This document shows, piece after piece, positions 48,146 through 58,062 of a DNA stretch of 64,000 bases; position 1 is the stretch's first letter; each line of letters starts with the position of its first letter. Origin of the DNA: an uncultured virus (IMG/VR IMGVR_UViG_3300043410_000597) (lineage: Duplodnaviria; Heunggongvirae; Uroviricota; Caudoviricetes; Crassvirales); the IMG/VR virus record IMGVR_UViG_3300043410_000597; one strand, given 5' to 3'. A program made the translations under genes and the position numbers. Under the pieces are notes generated by a model. That model was not told the DNA's origin. It searched no databases and was given only the letters and a program-made list of their open reading frames with translations.

Positions 48146-49320
48146 AATGGATAGTATTTATAGCCATACTTATCTTACCCACGATTATGTACGCACAAAC
48201 ACTTACGCAGGTGTTCGTGGATCCGTGCAGTGGCAAGGTAACAACTGTAGTGGTACCGCTCGCTGGTGGCAAGACTACCGTGGTTTACCGAGGGCAGTAC
48301 AAGGTAGTGACGGCAAACGATATTACAAGTGGAGCCCTGCAAGCGTGGATAAATGATTTAACAGTTAATTACCCTTGTCCACAAGCAACCATTGCAGTAA
48401 CGCAAACTGTGGCTAAGGCAGTACAACAAGCAGTAGCAGCGGCAACAACAGCAGCTACATCAACTGCAACAAGTGCAGCGACAAGTGCAGCAACATCTGC
48501 GGCGACATCAGCAGCAGCACCTGCACCGGTAGTAGAAACAAAGACTGAGGCACCTGTTGCGACATCAGAATCAAAAACAGAAACTAAAACAGAAACTAAA
48601 AGTGAATCCAAAGAAGAAAAAAGCGAGTCCAAAAGCGACTCCAAGTCCAGTAAGAAAAGCGAGAGTAAAGCCAAGTCGTCTTCGTCAAATCCAATTATTT
48701 ATTCTTCGGATTTTACGGTCGCTCCGACTAGTGAAGTAACATCTATTATTGCTAGTGTTGGTATGAGTCAAGCCTCCTTGATGGGCAACTCATCGTGGGG
48801 CATTAACTCTATGATATGGTCAACCTTTGACCAATTTGCACTAGGTGGTAGATATACCTTGATGAGCTTTAATCAAGGTAAGTTAGAGTCAATCTCAAAC
48901 TTTGGCGTTACAGGCGTTTATTTAGGTGGAAATGTGTTAGGCTTCGCAACAGCTGCTTACATCGTTCCTATGGGCAAGTATGGCACCACAGGAGCCAACT
49001 ATACTTTATCGATTGCAGGAGCAAACGATGAGGCTAGTATATCCAATAATATATTACTATTCTACACCATTCCAATCAAGATAAATAAGTACGTATCAAT
49101 GAGTCCTGACTTATACGTGTCAGGATCATCAACAGGTTATCTAACCAAGCAGAAAGTATTTGTGACTAGTAATGACATAGGCATTTTAACAGGTGCCTCA
49201 TTTGATATTGCACTAACCAAACGCTTCAAGTTTAACTTTGCTTTAAAGACAGGACTCAACACCAATCCATCTATCCCTCAGTCCTATCTTGGAATGATAG
49301 GCACCAAAATTAATTTGTAA
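48142..49320 (+). CDS. Putative outer-membrane beta-barrel protein with Ala/Thr/Ser/Lys-rich linker
   Basis: Signal peptide ..MYA|Q; DPC..PC small domain; about 200 aa of amphipathic strands ending IGTKINL. Confidence 0.6.
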   Translation: MKWIVFIAILILPTIMYAQTLTQVFVDPCSGKVTTVVVPLAGGKTTVVYRGQYKVVTANDITSGALQAWINDLTVNYPCPQATIAVTQTVAKAVQQAVAAATTAATSTATSAATSAATSAATSAAAPAPVVETKTEAPVATSESKTETKTETKSESKEEKSESKSDSKSSKKSESKAKSSSSNPIIYSSDFTVAPTSEVTSIIASVGMSQASLMGNSSWGINSMIWSTFDQFALGGRYTLMSFNQGKLESISNFGVTGVYLGGNVLGFATAAYIVPMGKYGTTGANYTLSIAGANDEASISNNILLFYTIPIKINKYVSMSPDLYVSGSSTGYLTKQKVFVTSNDIGILTGASFDIALTKRFKFNFALKTGLNTNPSIPQSYLGMIGTKINL

Positions 49321-49349
49321 CTAATAATATTTGTTTTTATATTTGCAAT

Positions 49350-49445
49350 GTAGTTGCCATCTCACATTACGCAACAAAGACAAAAACAGTCCTATGAATG
49401 AAACCGAGGTGAGATGCGGTGGATTTTGTAGGACTTATTTTTTTA
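49350..49445 (+). ncRNA. Candidate structured leader RNA (pseudoknot/kissing loop)
   Basis: AGTCCTAT/GTAGGACT and ACCG/CGGT stems; loop GTGAGATG is complementary to upstream CATCTCAC; downstream of -7 box 49338-49345. Confidence 0.5.
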
Positions 49446-49446
49446 T

Positions 49447-49977
49447 ATGGAAATTTGGAAAGATGTTGTTGGCTATGAAGGACACTTTATGGTTAGCGAA
49501 AGTGGAAAAGTTAAATCATTAGATAGAAAATATAAAAGGTCAGATGGTTCTATATATCCTGTAACAGGAAAAGAACTAACTCCTTTTATTAGTAATGCCG
49601 GTTATAAAAGAATTGCACTCAGAAAAAATGGTAAACCAATGAAGTACTCTGTGCATAGATTAGTAGCTGAGGCATTTTTGCCTAAAGAAGAAGGTCGTGA
49701 TTTTGTAAATCACTTGGATGGGGATAAATTAAACAACCATTATTCTAATCTAGAATGGGTATCTATGATTGAAAACAATTGTCATAGATTTAATAAAATC
49801 AACACAACTAGCAGGTATACTGGAGTTACTTGGATAAAAGCAAAACAAAGATATGTCGCAGTTATGCAAATAAACGGTGTACAGAAAACAATTGGACATT
49901 TTTTAAATGAAGAAGATGCTTATGCTGCTAGATGTAAATATGAAAAGGATAATGGCATAATTAATAAGTATCTATAA
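49447..49977 (+). CDS. NUMOD4-HNH-AP2 homing endonuclease
   Basis: EIWKDVVGYEG..VSESGKVKS; VHRLVAEAF..VNHLDGDKLNN; SRYTGV. Confidence 0.9.
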   Translation: MEIWKDVVGYEGHFMVSESGKVKSLDRKYKRSDGSIYPVTGKELTPFISNAGYKRIALRKNGKPMKYSVHRLVAEAFLPKEEGRDFVNHLDGDKLNNHYSNLEWVSMIENNCHRFNKINTTSRYTGVTWIKAKQRYVAVMQINGVQKTIGHFLNEEDAYAARCKYEKDNGIINKYL

Positions 49978-50015
49978 TTTTACGTATTTTTGCTAGATAA
50001 TAAGCAAGAACACAG

Positions 50016-53000
50016 ATGGCAAGAATTTCCACGTATCCTCGTGATTTAGATATAAATGGTCAAGACCGTTGGATTGGGTCGGCATGGCAAACTCCAGATA
50101 AATTAACTAAGAACTTCACTGCAGATGGCGTAGCAGAATACTTTAACAAGGTAGGTATTATCGATACAGGTAGTTTCAACTGGTCATACAGAATGTATGC
50201 ACCGACAGAATCTCAACCAGCGAAGACGTTTGAGTTAATTGACCATCCATTTGATACAGTAGATGTTATTGGACTTGAGGGTACTATTAAGGTATCTTTC
50301 TTGTCTATGGGTAACACTGAGCCAGGAATATTTATTGAAGAAGTTTGGAACGACAAGATTATTCTTGTTAATCGCCCAGGCTTTCCTAGTGAATACGGAT
50401 TATATAGAGTAACTGCTGTCGTTCAAGATGGCGACTATTACTTATTAGACTTAGATTTTATTGGCGGCCATTCGGGTATTGTTAACGAAGATGAGCCAGT
50501 TACATTCGGCTTATTTGCAGGTGTAAGTGGCACATCGGGTACAACAGGAACCTCAGGAACAAGTGGTACAACAGGAACCTCAGGAACTAGTGGTTCAGAT
50601 GGTACAAGCGGTTCGTCAGGAACAACGGGTACATCAGGATCATCGGGAATAAGTGGAACAGACGGAACATCAGGTACAGACGGAACATCAGGTACATCAG
50701 GTACACGTGGCACATCAGGTACAAGTGGAACAAATGGTTCTGCGGGCACATCAGGTACACGTGGCACATCAGGTACGTCAGGCATTGACGGTATCGATGG
50801 CACAGATGGTACGTCAGGAACTAGTGGAGTAAGTGGCACCGATGGCACAAGTGGAACATCAGGTACAACGGGTATCGATGGGACAAGTGGCACAGATGGT
50901 ACAGGAGGAACTAGTGGAAGTAGTGGAGTTAATGGTACATCAGGTACAGGGGGAACAAGTGGTACGGATGGTACGGGTGGCACTTCCGGTACAGATGGTA
51001 CAGGAGGAACATCAGGTACATCGGGTTCTAGTGGTTCATCAGGTATTGATGGTACTTCAGGGATAAATGGTACATCAGGAATTGATGGAACTAGTGGTTC
51101 ATCAGGAAGTTCAGGTACATCTGCTACCTCAGGTACAGATGGCACAGGCGGTACGTCAGGTACGACAGGCACTAGTGGTACTGCAGGAACCTCAGGTACA
51201 ACAGGTACTTCAGGTACAGGTGGTACATCAGGTGTCGACGGGGTTAGTGGAGGTCGTGTTTACTATTTTAATAACAGTCAATCATCCTCTATTTCTCCAT
51301 ACAAAGTATTGGCTACTGAACCTACACTAGGTGCATTACAGACAATAACTGTTAGTATGGCTGGCAACCAACAAAATGTGTTGGTTCAAGAATTTATAAC
51401 AGAACAATTAGGATTTACTATTATCCCATCAGGTGTACAAAGATTCCATCTTCATACATTAAAGCCTCAGGATAACGATAATATACAGGTTTATATAACA
51501 TTACAACTTGCTAATTCAGCAGGTACGCCATATGGCACATTAGCTACGTCATCTGCTAATACTTTAGCTTGGAACGGCACAGGTGTTATTGCAGAGACTA
51601 CTTTAGACTTTGTATTCCCACATACGACAATTACTGCAACAGACCGCATGATTGTCAAGATTTATTACAATAACAATGTAAGTACAGCAAAAACTGCAGA
51701 ATGGTACACAGAGGATAGCGAGTACTCTTATGTAACTACATCAATTGCTGCGGCATCAGGTACAAGTGGTGTTAATGGTACTTCTGGTACATCAGGAGTA
51801 AGTGGCACATCAGGTACAACAGGTACTAGTGGCGTTAATGGAACATCTGGAACTGCAGGAACATCAGGAGCTGATGGTACTAGCGGTGTAAGTGGAACTA
51901 GTGGGGTGAGTGGCACATCGGGCGTAAATGGCACCAGTGGAATTGATGGGACAAGTGGTACTTCAGGAGTAAGCGGCACAAGCGGTAGTTCAGGAGCAAG
52001 TGGCACGTCAGGTGTGTCAGGTACCTCAGGTATCAACGGAACCTCCGGTGTAAACGGTACCTCAGGATTAAACGGTAGTTCTGGAACATCTGGTGCAAAC
52101 GGTACATCTGGAACAAGCGGTACAACACCAGACACATCTTTATTTGTATTGAAGTCAGGTAGCACAATGACTGGTGCATTGGTTATTGATCCTGCAAACA
52201 CGGGAGTAATTGGACTTGATGCAGCATCTAATACATTTAGATTACGTTCAGATAGTACCAATCCTTTTGCTCGTCAATTAACCACTACAATGAATAGTGG
52301 TACATTGGTTAAGATGCAAGCGGCAGGGTATGGTGGAACATATGTTACGGACTTAGGATTTTATACATCATCTAACTCAGCAGTTAATAGCACGCCAAAT
52401 ATTTATTTAACAGGTGGAGATAATCGTGTAGGTATTAATACAACTACACCTGGATATACTTTAGATGTAAATGGAACGTCTTCTGCTCAATCAGTTTATA
52501 TTAATGGAGACTCTACAAACGGTGGAGCATTAAGAATAAAACAATATGCAGCATCAGTTGCAAACGAAGATGGATATAACTCTATTAGTACATTAAGCAC
52601 CGGAGTTTTTTATTTTACTGCAGCTAAAACTGCACCTAATTTTAAAACTTTTGTTTTAAATCCTAATAGTTTAACAGATAATACACTTAGAACTTATACA
52701 CTTCCAAATGCTTCAGGTACAATTGCTTTAACTAGCGACATTCCAAGTGTTACAGGATATGTTCCATATACAGGTGCTACAGGTGCGGTGAATTTAGGTG
52801 CTTATGACTTAACGGTTAATTCAATAAAAGTTGGCTTAGGAGGTGGTAGTATATCTAGTAATACAGCACTAGGTGCTTCTACTTTAAATTCTAATACAAC
52901 GGGAAGTGGTAATACTGCAGCTGGTAATTCTGCTCTTTACACTAATACAACAGGAGGAAGTAACTCTGCATTTGGAACTTATTCGCTTTTATTTAATACT

Positions 53001-55388
53001 ACAGGAGGTCTTAATACTGCAATAGGCGGTTCTGCTCTTTATTCTAATACAACAGGAAATAGCAATACAGCAACAGGTATAAATTCTCTTTATTCTAATA
53101 CTACAGGCGGAGGTAACTCTGCATTTGGCGTTCAGGCTCTTTACACCAATACAACAGGTATTTATAATACGGCAATAGGTAGTAATGCTCTATATTCTAG
53201 CACAACATCAAACTATAATACTGCTTTAGGTAACAATGCTCTTTATGCAAATACGACAGGAGCAAGTAATACCGCAATAGGAAATGGTGCAGGGCAATCT
53301 ATAACAACAGGTAGTAATAATGTTATTATTGGTGGATATGGTGGAACTACCACTATGTCCAATAATATAGTTTTATCAGATGGTGCAGGAAATATAAAGT
53401 ACCAATGGAACGGAACTAACAATACTATTTATGGAGCAACAACACTTACGGGAGCTTTAAGTGGTACAACTGCTACGTTTTCGAGTAGTTATTCAAATAC
53501 TAGCGATTTGCAAATTGTTGCTGATGGAAACATATCAGGAATTAATATACGTTCAACTTCAGGAGGAAGGTTGTCGATTTTACAAAATTTCATAGCTCCT
53601 AATACAACTTCATTTTTAACATCAACAGGAACAAGTAATCCATCAGTAGAAGCTATTAGAATAGCTAATGGGACAGGAGTTATTACATTTGCTAGTAATA
53701 TTATAGCTTATACAACTGGATTAAATAGTGATTTTAATGGAGGAGCATTAATTGCAAGAGGAGCAGGAAGTACATTAAAATATACACAGATTGGTTATGA
53801 CACTACTGGTAATTATGGATGGATTCAAGCACTAGAACAAGGTACTGCTTATCGGAATTTAATTTTAAATGGTGCAGGAGGCAACGTAGGCATCGGAACG
53901 GCTTCGCCATTTGCTATTGCAGGCGTTAATTTATCATTAGATAATTCAACAGATTCAGCTATTCAATTAGGAGTAGGGGGAACAAGAACAGGACAATTGT
54001 ATGCTTCTGGTTCACAAGTTAGATTATCAGCAGTAGCTAATGTTCCATTATTATTTTATACTAATGATACATTACGTTTAACTTTAGCAGCTTCAACTGG
54101 AGCAGCTACTTTTGTAAGTAGTATTACAGCTGGAGGAGATTTAACATTAAATGGGAATAGAACTATTTATCTTACTAACACTGGAGTTGCGGCAGGCGGA
54201 ATAGTTTTTTATAATAGTAGTACAAGTTTAATTAAATCTGGGATTGGTTCATATTATAATATAGCTGACCAAGGAAATTTAGAGTTTTTAGCTGGAGGAA
54301 ATTCAACTAAAATGGTTTTAGATTCATCTGGAAGATTAGGAATCGGAACAACTGCCTTATCTGGAACAGGTTCAAATCTACAAGTTGAACAATCGGGTAC
54401 TCCAAATACAGTAGCAATTAGAAGAGGAGATTCTTCTAATACTGGTGCAGCTAGAATTTTATGGCAAGCATACAATGCTTCTTCTGTCATTCAAAACACG
54501 GCTATCATTGAAGCTGGATTAGATGGAAGTTCTACTGAAGGTTATTTAGCTTTATCAGCAGGAACTCCAGGAACGCCACAAGTAAAACTTACATATGCAG
54601 GTAGATTATTAGTTGGTGCAACAGCATCTGTTGATGCATTAACAAGAATGAGAGTTAATTATTCTGCTGATTCTTGCTATTTTGATATTACATCTGGTGC
54701 TGATGCAGTATTACGATTGGGAGGAACATACGGACAAATTACAAATACAACAGGAGCTTTATATATTTCCAATGCAGGTGCAACAGGAGATATGATTTTC
54801 AGAACAGGTAGTACGACTGAAAGAATGCGTCTTACTTATGATGGTCGTTTATTAGTAGGCACAACTTCTACCTATGATGCAAGAATAACTTGTTATGCAG
54901 AAAATTCAACAAGTGCAAACTATACTTTTAGAGCAGTTAATACAAATGGTCAAGGTATTTTTTCAGTAAGAAATGATGGTCAATTTAGAACAGGAGATGG
55001 TCCTAGTTCTCCTTATTATTTAACTGTAACTGGTAGAGCTATATTTTCAGATTCAACAGGTGTTCTTGGTTATGTGGCTTCAGTAAGAGAGGCAAAAACT
55101 AATATAAATACAATAGAAAATACTTCTTGGATTTATGATTTAAAACCTGTTACATTTAATTACCGCAAAAAAGATAATAATAATAATTATACAGAAGAAT
55201 TTTATAATGAAATTTCTTACGGTTTAATTGCTGATGAAGTAGAAAAAGTAAATAAAGATTTAGTATTCTACGATAGCGTAAATGGTAAAAAAGAATTAAG
55301 AGGTGTAGAATATGAAAAGTTAGTACCTGCTTTGGTTAAAGTAGTTCAGGAATTAAAACAAAAAATTGACATTTTAGAAAATAAATAA
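50016..55388 (+). CDS. Fibre protein with Gly-Thr-Ser repeats, YadA-head-like repeats and C-terminal S74 chaperone domain
   Basis: G-X-Y runs, NTALG..AL..NTTG repeats, GNVGIGT motifs, K.NI..LKPVTFNY..GLIADEV..YEKLVPALVK; -7 box at 49985. Confidence 0.85.
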   Translation: MARISTYPRDLDINGQDRWIGSAWQTPDKLTKNFTADGVAEYFNKVGIIDTGSFNWSYRMYAPTESQPAKTFELIDHPFDTVDVIGLEGTIKVSFLSMGNTEPGIFIEEVWNDKIILVNRPGFPSEYGLYRVTAVVQDGDYYLLDLDFIGGHSGIVNEDEPVTFGLFAGVSGTSGTTGTSGTSGTTGTSGTSGSDGTSGSSGTTGTSGSSGISGTDGTSGTDGTSGTSGTRGTSGTSGTNGSAGTSGTRGTSGTSGIDGIDGTDGTSGTSGVSGTDGTSGTSGTTGIDGTSGTDGTGGTSGSSGVNGTSGTGGTSGTDGTGGTSGTDGTGGTSGTSGSSGSSGIDGTSGINGTSGIDGTSGSSGSSGTSATSGTDGTGGTSGTTGTSGTAGTSGTTGTSGTGGTSGVDGVSGGRVYYFNNSQSSSISPYKVLATEPTLGALQTITVSMAGNQQNVLVQEFITEQLGFTIIPSGVQRFHLHTLKPQDNDNIQVYITLQLANSAGTPYGTLATSSANTLAWNGTGVIAETTLDFVFPHTTITATDRMIVKIYYNNNVSTAKTAEWYTEDSEYSYVTTSIAAASGTSGVNGTSGTSGVSGTSGTTGTSGVNGTSGTAGTSGADGTSGVSGTSGVSGTSGVNGTSGIDGTSGTSGVSGTSGSSGASGTSGVSGTSGINGTSGVNGTSGLNGSSGTSGANGTSGTSGTTPDTSLFVLKSGSTMTGALVIDPANTGVIGLDAASNTFRLRSDSTNPFARQLTTTMNSGTLVKMQAAGYGGTYVTDLGFYTSSNSAVNSTPNIYLTGGDNRVGINTTTPGYTLDVNGTSSAQSVYINGDSTNGGALRIKQYAASVANEDGYNSISTLSTGVFYFTAAKTAPNFKTFVLNPNSLTDNTLRTYTLPNASGTIALTSDIPSVTGYVPYTGATGAVNLGAYDLTVNSIKVGLGGGSISSNTALGASTLNSNTTGSGNTAAGNSALYTNTTGGSNSAFGTYSLLFNTTGGLNTAIGGSALYSNTTGNSNTATGINSLYSNTTGGGNSAFGVQALYTNTTGIYNTAIGSNALYSSTTSNYNTALGNNALYANTTGASNTAIGNGAGQSITTGSNNVIIGGYGGTTTMSNNIVLSDGAGNIKYQWNGTNNTIYGATTLTGALSGTTATFSSSYSNTSDLQIVADGNISGINIRSTSGGRLSILQNFIAPNTTSFLTSTGTSNPSVEAIRIANGTGVITFASNIIAYTTGLNSDFNGGALIARGAGSTLKYTQIGYDTTGNYGWIQALEQGTAYRNLILNGAGGNVGIGTASPFAIAGVNLSLDNSTDSAIQLGVGGTRTGQLYASGSQVRLSAVANVPLLFYTNDTLRLTLAASTGAATFVSSITAGGDLTLNGNRTIYLTNTGVAAGGIVFYNSSTSLIKSGIGSYYNIADQGNLEFLAGGNSTKMVLDSSGRLGIGTTALSGTGSNLQVEQSGTPNTVAIRRGDSSNTGAARILWQAYNASSVIQNTAIIEAGLDGSSTEGYLALSAGTPGTPQVKLTYAGRLLVGATASVDALTRMRVNYSADSCYFDITSGADAVLRLGGTYGQITNTTGALYISNAGATGDMIFRTGSTTERMRLTYDGRLLVGTTSTYDARITCYAENSTSANYTFRAVNTNGQGIFSVRNDGQFRTGDGPSSPYYLTVTGRAIFSDSTGVLGYVASVREAKTNINTIENTSWIYDLKPVTFNYRKKDNNNNYTEEFYNEISYGLIADEVEKVNKDLVFYDSVNGKKELRGVEYEKLVPALVKVVQELKQKIDILENK
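50520..51250 (+). repeat. Gly-X-Y (mainly GTS) coding repeat, block 1
   Basis: About 80 uninterrupted triplets. Confidence 0.9.
51758..52125 (+). repeat. Gly-X-Y (mainly GTS) coding repeat, block 2
   Basis: About 40 uninterrupted triplets. Confidence 0.9.
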
Positions 55389-55389
55389 T

Positions 55390-55767
55390 ATGACAACAAC
55401 TTACGAATGGATAGTTACCCAAATGGAAACAGCACCCTCATTGGATGGATTAACAGATGTAGTAGTAACAGTACATTGGCGTCGTAACGCTGTGGCAGTA
55501 GATGGTGATAAGACATATTTTAGCGATGTGTATGGGGCAATGGCCTGTCAAACGCCATCAGGAACAGACTTCACTGCTTACTCTGACTTGAAATTTGAGC
55601 AAGTGTGTGGCTGGTTAGATGCAGGTAATGATGTGGAGGCATTGAACGCAAATCTTGATGCTCAGATTGAGAATCAGATTAACCCTCCAATCATTGTATT
55701 GCCTAATCCGTGGGCTACTCCTACTTTGCAAGAAGAAATTGTTGCAGGAGACCAATCTATTGTTTAA
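55390..55767 (+). CDS. Fibre-associated protein
   Basis: YEW..DVVVTVHWR..FTAYSDL..QVCGW..QI.NP; directly after the fibre gene. Confidence 0.6.
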   Translation: MTTTYEWIVTQMETAPSLDGLTDVVVTVHWRRNAVAVDGDKTYFSDVYGAMACQTPSGTDFTAYSDLKFEQVCGWLDAGNDVEALNANLDAQIENQINPPIIVLPNPWATPTLQEEIVAGDQSIV

Positions 55768-55788
55768 CTTTACAAAAAAATATATATC

Positions 55789-56058
55789 ATGAAACTAAAC
55801 TTTAATTTTAATCTAGTCGATTTAGACGGCAAAGAAATTGACAATACTAATGCAGGAAAGTTAATTGCTAATTCATTAGTGCAACAATCTAAGGGTGATG
55901 CTCTTAAGTTTTGGGAGTGGGCTTTGGCTCTTAACAAAGGAGAAGAGCTAGACCTTGACTCATCTGATCAAGAGACTTTGAAGAACTTCATCAAGGATAG
56001 CGAAAACTTTGCTATTATTGCTAAGGCTCAGTTATTGAAAGTTCTTAAGAAGGACTAG
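55789..56058 (+). CDS. Hypothetical protein (fibre-chaperone-like)
   Basis: 89 aa; LVDLDGKEI..ELDLDSSD. Confidence 0.55.
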   Translation: MKLNFNFNLVDLDGKEIDNTNAGKLIANSLVQQSKGDALKFWEWALALNKGEELDLDSSDQETLKNFIKDSENFAIIAKAQLLKVLKKD

Positions 56059-58062
56059 TCTATTAATTACATCATCAGCAGTTATACTCCTCTGGCATTC
56101 AAATTGTCGAGGAGTATTTTTGTATATGGGGCAAAATTCCCATGTCTTATCGAATTTAAAGTTCTGATTATTCCAGCATCCATTACAAACATTCTTATTT
56201 GTGATGCGTATGCACTCAAACTCGTGGTCCTCTTCAGCAAAGTTATTTATCATAACTACTTGCTTGCCTAAAGCCCAAGCAAGCCAGCTCACACCACTTC
56301 CAAGTCCAATAAAGAAATCACTGTGGTCAATTAACGCCATTGTGCGATAGATATCAGTATTTATAATCTGCTCACAGTTGTCGAACGGATTCTCTTCAAG
56401 CGATACGTTAATTACTTTGTAACCTTTCTCGTGTAAATAGTTTATCACTCCTTGCCATCCCTCCTTTGTCCAAAACTTACAGCCTGATGTGGAGTTGGTA
56501 GCAATTGTTACATACTTCTGTGTAGGTAAAGTAATCTCAGCCTCGTATCTTAACTTAGGTCGAATCTCCTCAAAGTCAAGTCCAAGTATCTTAGTTGCTG
56601 CCTCTTGTAACTTAATAGTATTAGGCAATACTGGCTCTTTATTTGAATCATAGAACCATCCAATGTTATACTGAGCGTAGATATTAGGAACCACTGTTCC
56701 TGGTTCTACTAGCTCTATCTCAGGCATATCCAATATCTTATTTAAGAATGTAGATAGGATTACTTTACACTTGTGTTTCTTTTGGAATTCTAAAGCATAT
56801 GGAGCCCAGGCAATTGTATCGCCTAATGAACTACTCGATATAGCGATGTACACACGCTTACCTTCTAGGTCAAGTACGTTATCGTGAATTAGTTCACCAT
56901 TCATGTAGACTTTGCTGTGCCACTTAGTATAGTATTGTCTATTTAGTTTGACCCAACAGTTTGATTCGATAGTATTCTCGTATACTAGCTTGTCGCCATC
57001 AAAGTATTGCACCTTAAAGTCGGCTTTTAGTCCTGACTTAATTTCTAGGTACGGTTGACCAACAAAGTGTTGGATGATGGTTACATCTTGCTCTTGTTTT
57101 TCTAGGGTCATTACTTTGTTGTAGAATGCGATTTGCTTCTCGGTAAATATCTCTGTGGTATTATCTGTAGGTACATTGTAATTACATCGAATGGATCTAA
57201 GATTCGTTCCGATAGGCTGAATGTACTTATCAAACATTGAGCCATATTGTGGCAAGTTGTGAGCTATAATTGGCTTGCCAAAAGATATCGCTTCACGTAA
57301 TACTAGTGGATTACATTCCCACGTAGAATTGAACATAAAGATATCTGCCATCTTAATGAACCTATGTGCATCATTTCTCTCCAACCACACGTGAACATTA
57401 GATGGCAAATCCTTCATTAATGGCTCCCAATAATGCTTGAAATTTACAGCTTGGTTTCCGACAAAATGAAAGTCCATCTCAGGATACTTTCTAGCTATCT
57501 CAATCCCCTCAGCTTGATTCTTACCAGGAGTCCAAAGACCTACGTTTACTACGTTTATTTTATTTTTATAAAAAGGATTCTCATATGTCTCACTAGTTCT
57601 GTCATCAATAGGGAACTCAATCACTTCTTTGTAAGATGGTGATGAAGCGAATGTCTCTAAGTGATATGGCGTGCAGAAGTAATACGCATCAGGATGAAAT
57701 ATCTTTTCTTTGTCGTGATTAAACGATACATCGTGGCACGTCTCCACAATTCGGTAGTTTCGGTCTTCTCGATACAACTCAGAAATCATATCACGATTAA
57801 AGCGTTCAGCTGGCTCGTGAATGTGAACAATGTCAGGATTGAATTTTGCGATGATGTTGAACAACCCCATCTTGTCCTCGTGTAAGGTATGAAAAGGAAC
57901 AAGACTTTTAATGGCATTACGTTGCACGACATAGTCTAAACTATGGCATTGATACTCTACTACCTCAATCTCAAATGTCTTGTAAAGAGTTTGAACACTC
58001 TTTAAAACAAAACCGGGCATTCCCCCGGTCGAACAATGGCTTAGTAGTAATAGTAATTTCAT
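56032..58062 (-). CDS. Two-domain glycosyltransferase: GT4-like plus autotransporter O-heptosyltransferase (Aah/TibC)-like
   Basis: STGGMP, GKNQ..EIA, ECNPLVLREA (GT4); SSSLGDTIAW, KFW..W..VI..L, FFIGLGSGVSWLAW, CNGCW..CP..FEC. Confidence 0.8.
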   Translation of the reverse strand: MKLLLLLSHCSTGGMPGFVLKSVQTLYKTFEIEVVEYQCHSLDYVVQRNAIKSLVPFHTLHEDKMGLFNIIAKFNPDIVHIHEPAERFNRDMISELYREDRNYRIVETCHDVSFNHDKEKIFHPDAYYFCTPYHLETFASSPSYKEVIEFPIDDRTSETYENPFYKNKINVVNVGLWTPGKNQAEGIEIARKYPEMDFHFVGNQAVNFKHYWEPLMKDLPSNVHVWLERNDAHRFIKMADIFMFNSTWECNPLVLREAISFGKPIIAHNLPQYGSMFDKYIQPIGTNLRSIRCNYNVPTDNTTEIFTEKQIAFYNKVMTLEKQEQDVTIIQHFVGQPYLEIKSGLKADFKVQYFDGDKLVYENTIESNCWVKLNRQYYTKWHSKVYMNGELIHDNVLDLEGKRVYIAISSSSLGDTIAWAPYALEFQKKHKCKVILSTFLNKILDMPEIELVEPGTVVPNIYAQYNIGWFYDSNKEPVLPNTIKLQEAATKILGLDFEEIRPKLRYEAEITLPTQKYVTIATNSTSGCKFWTKEGWQGVINYLHEKGYKVINVSLEENPFDNCEQIINTDIYRTMALIDHSDFFIGLGSGVSWLAWALGKQVVMINNFAEEDHEFECIRITNKNVCNGCWNNQNFKFDKTWEFCPIYKNTPRQFECQRSITADDVINRLVLLKNFQ

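Noticed and set aside
50438..52261. Minus-strand Pro/Val-rich ORFs (50438-51172, 51728-52261)
   Set aside because: Antisense shadows of the GTS repeat codons
50016..55767. Diversity-generating retroelement acting on the fibre
   Set aside because: No reverse transcriptase and no template/variable repeat pair seen
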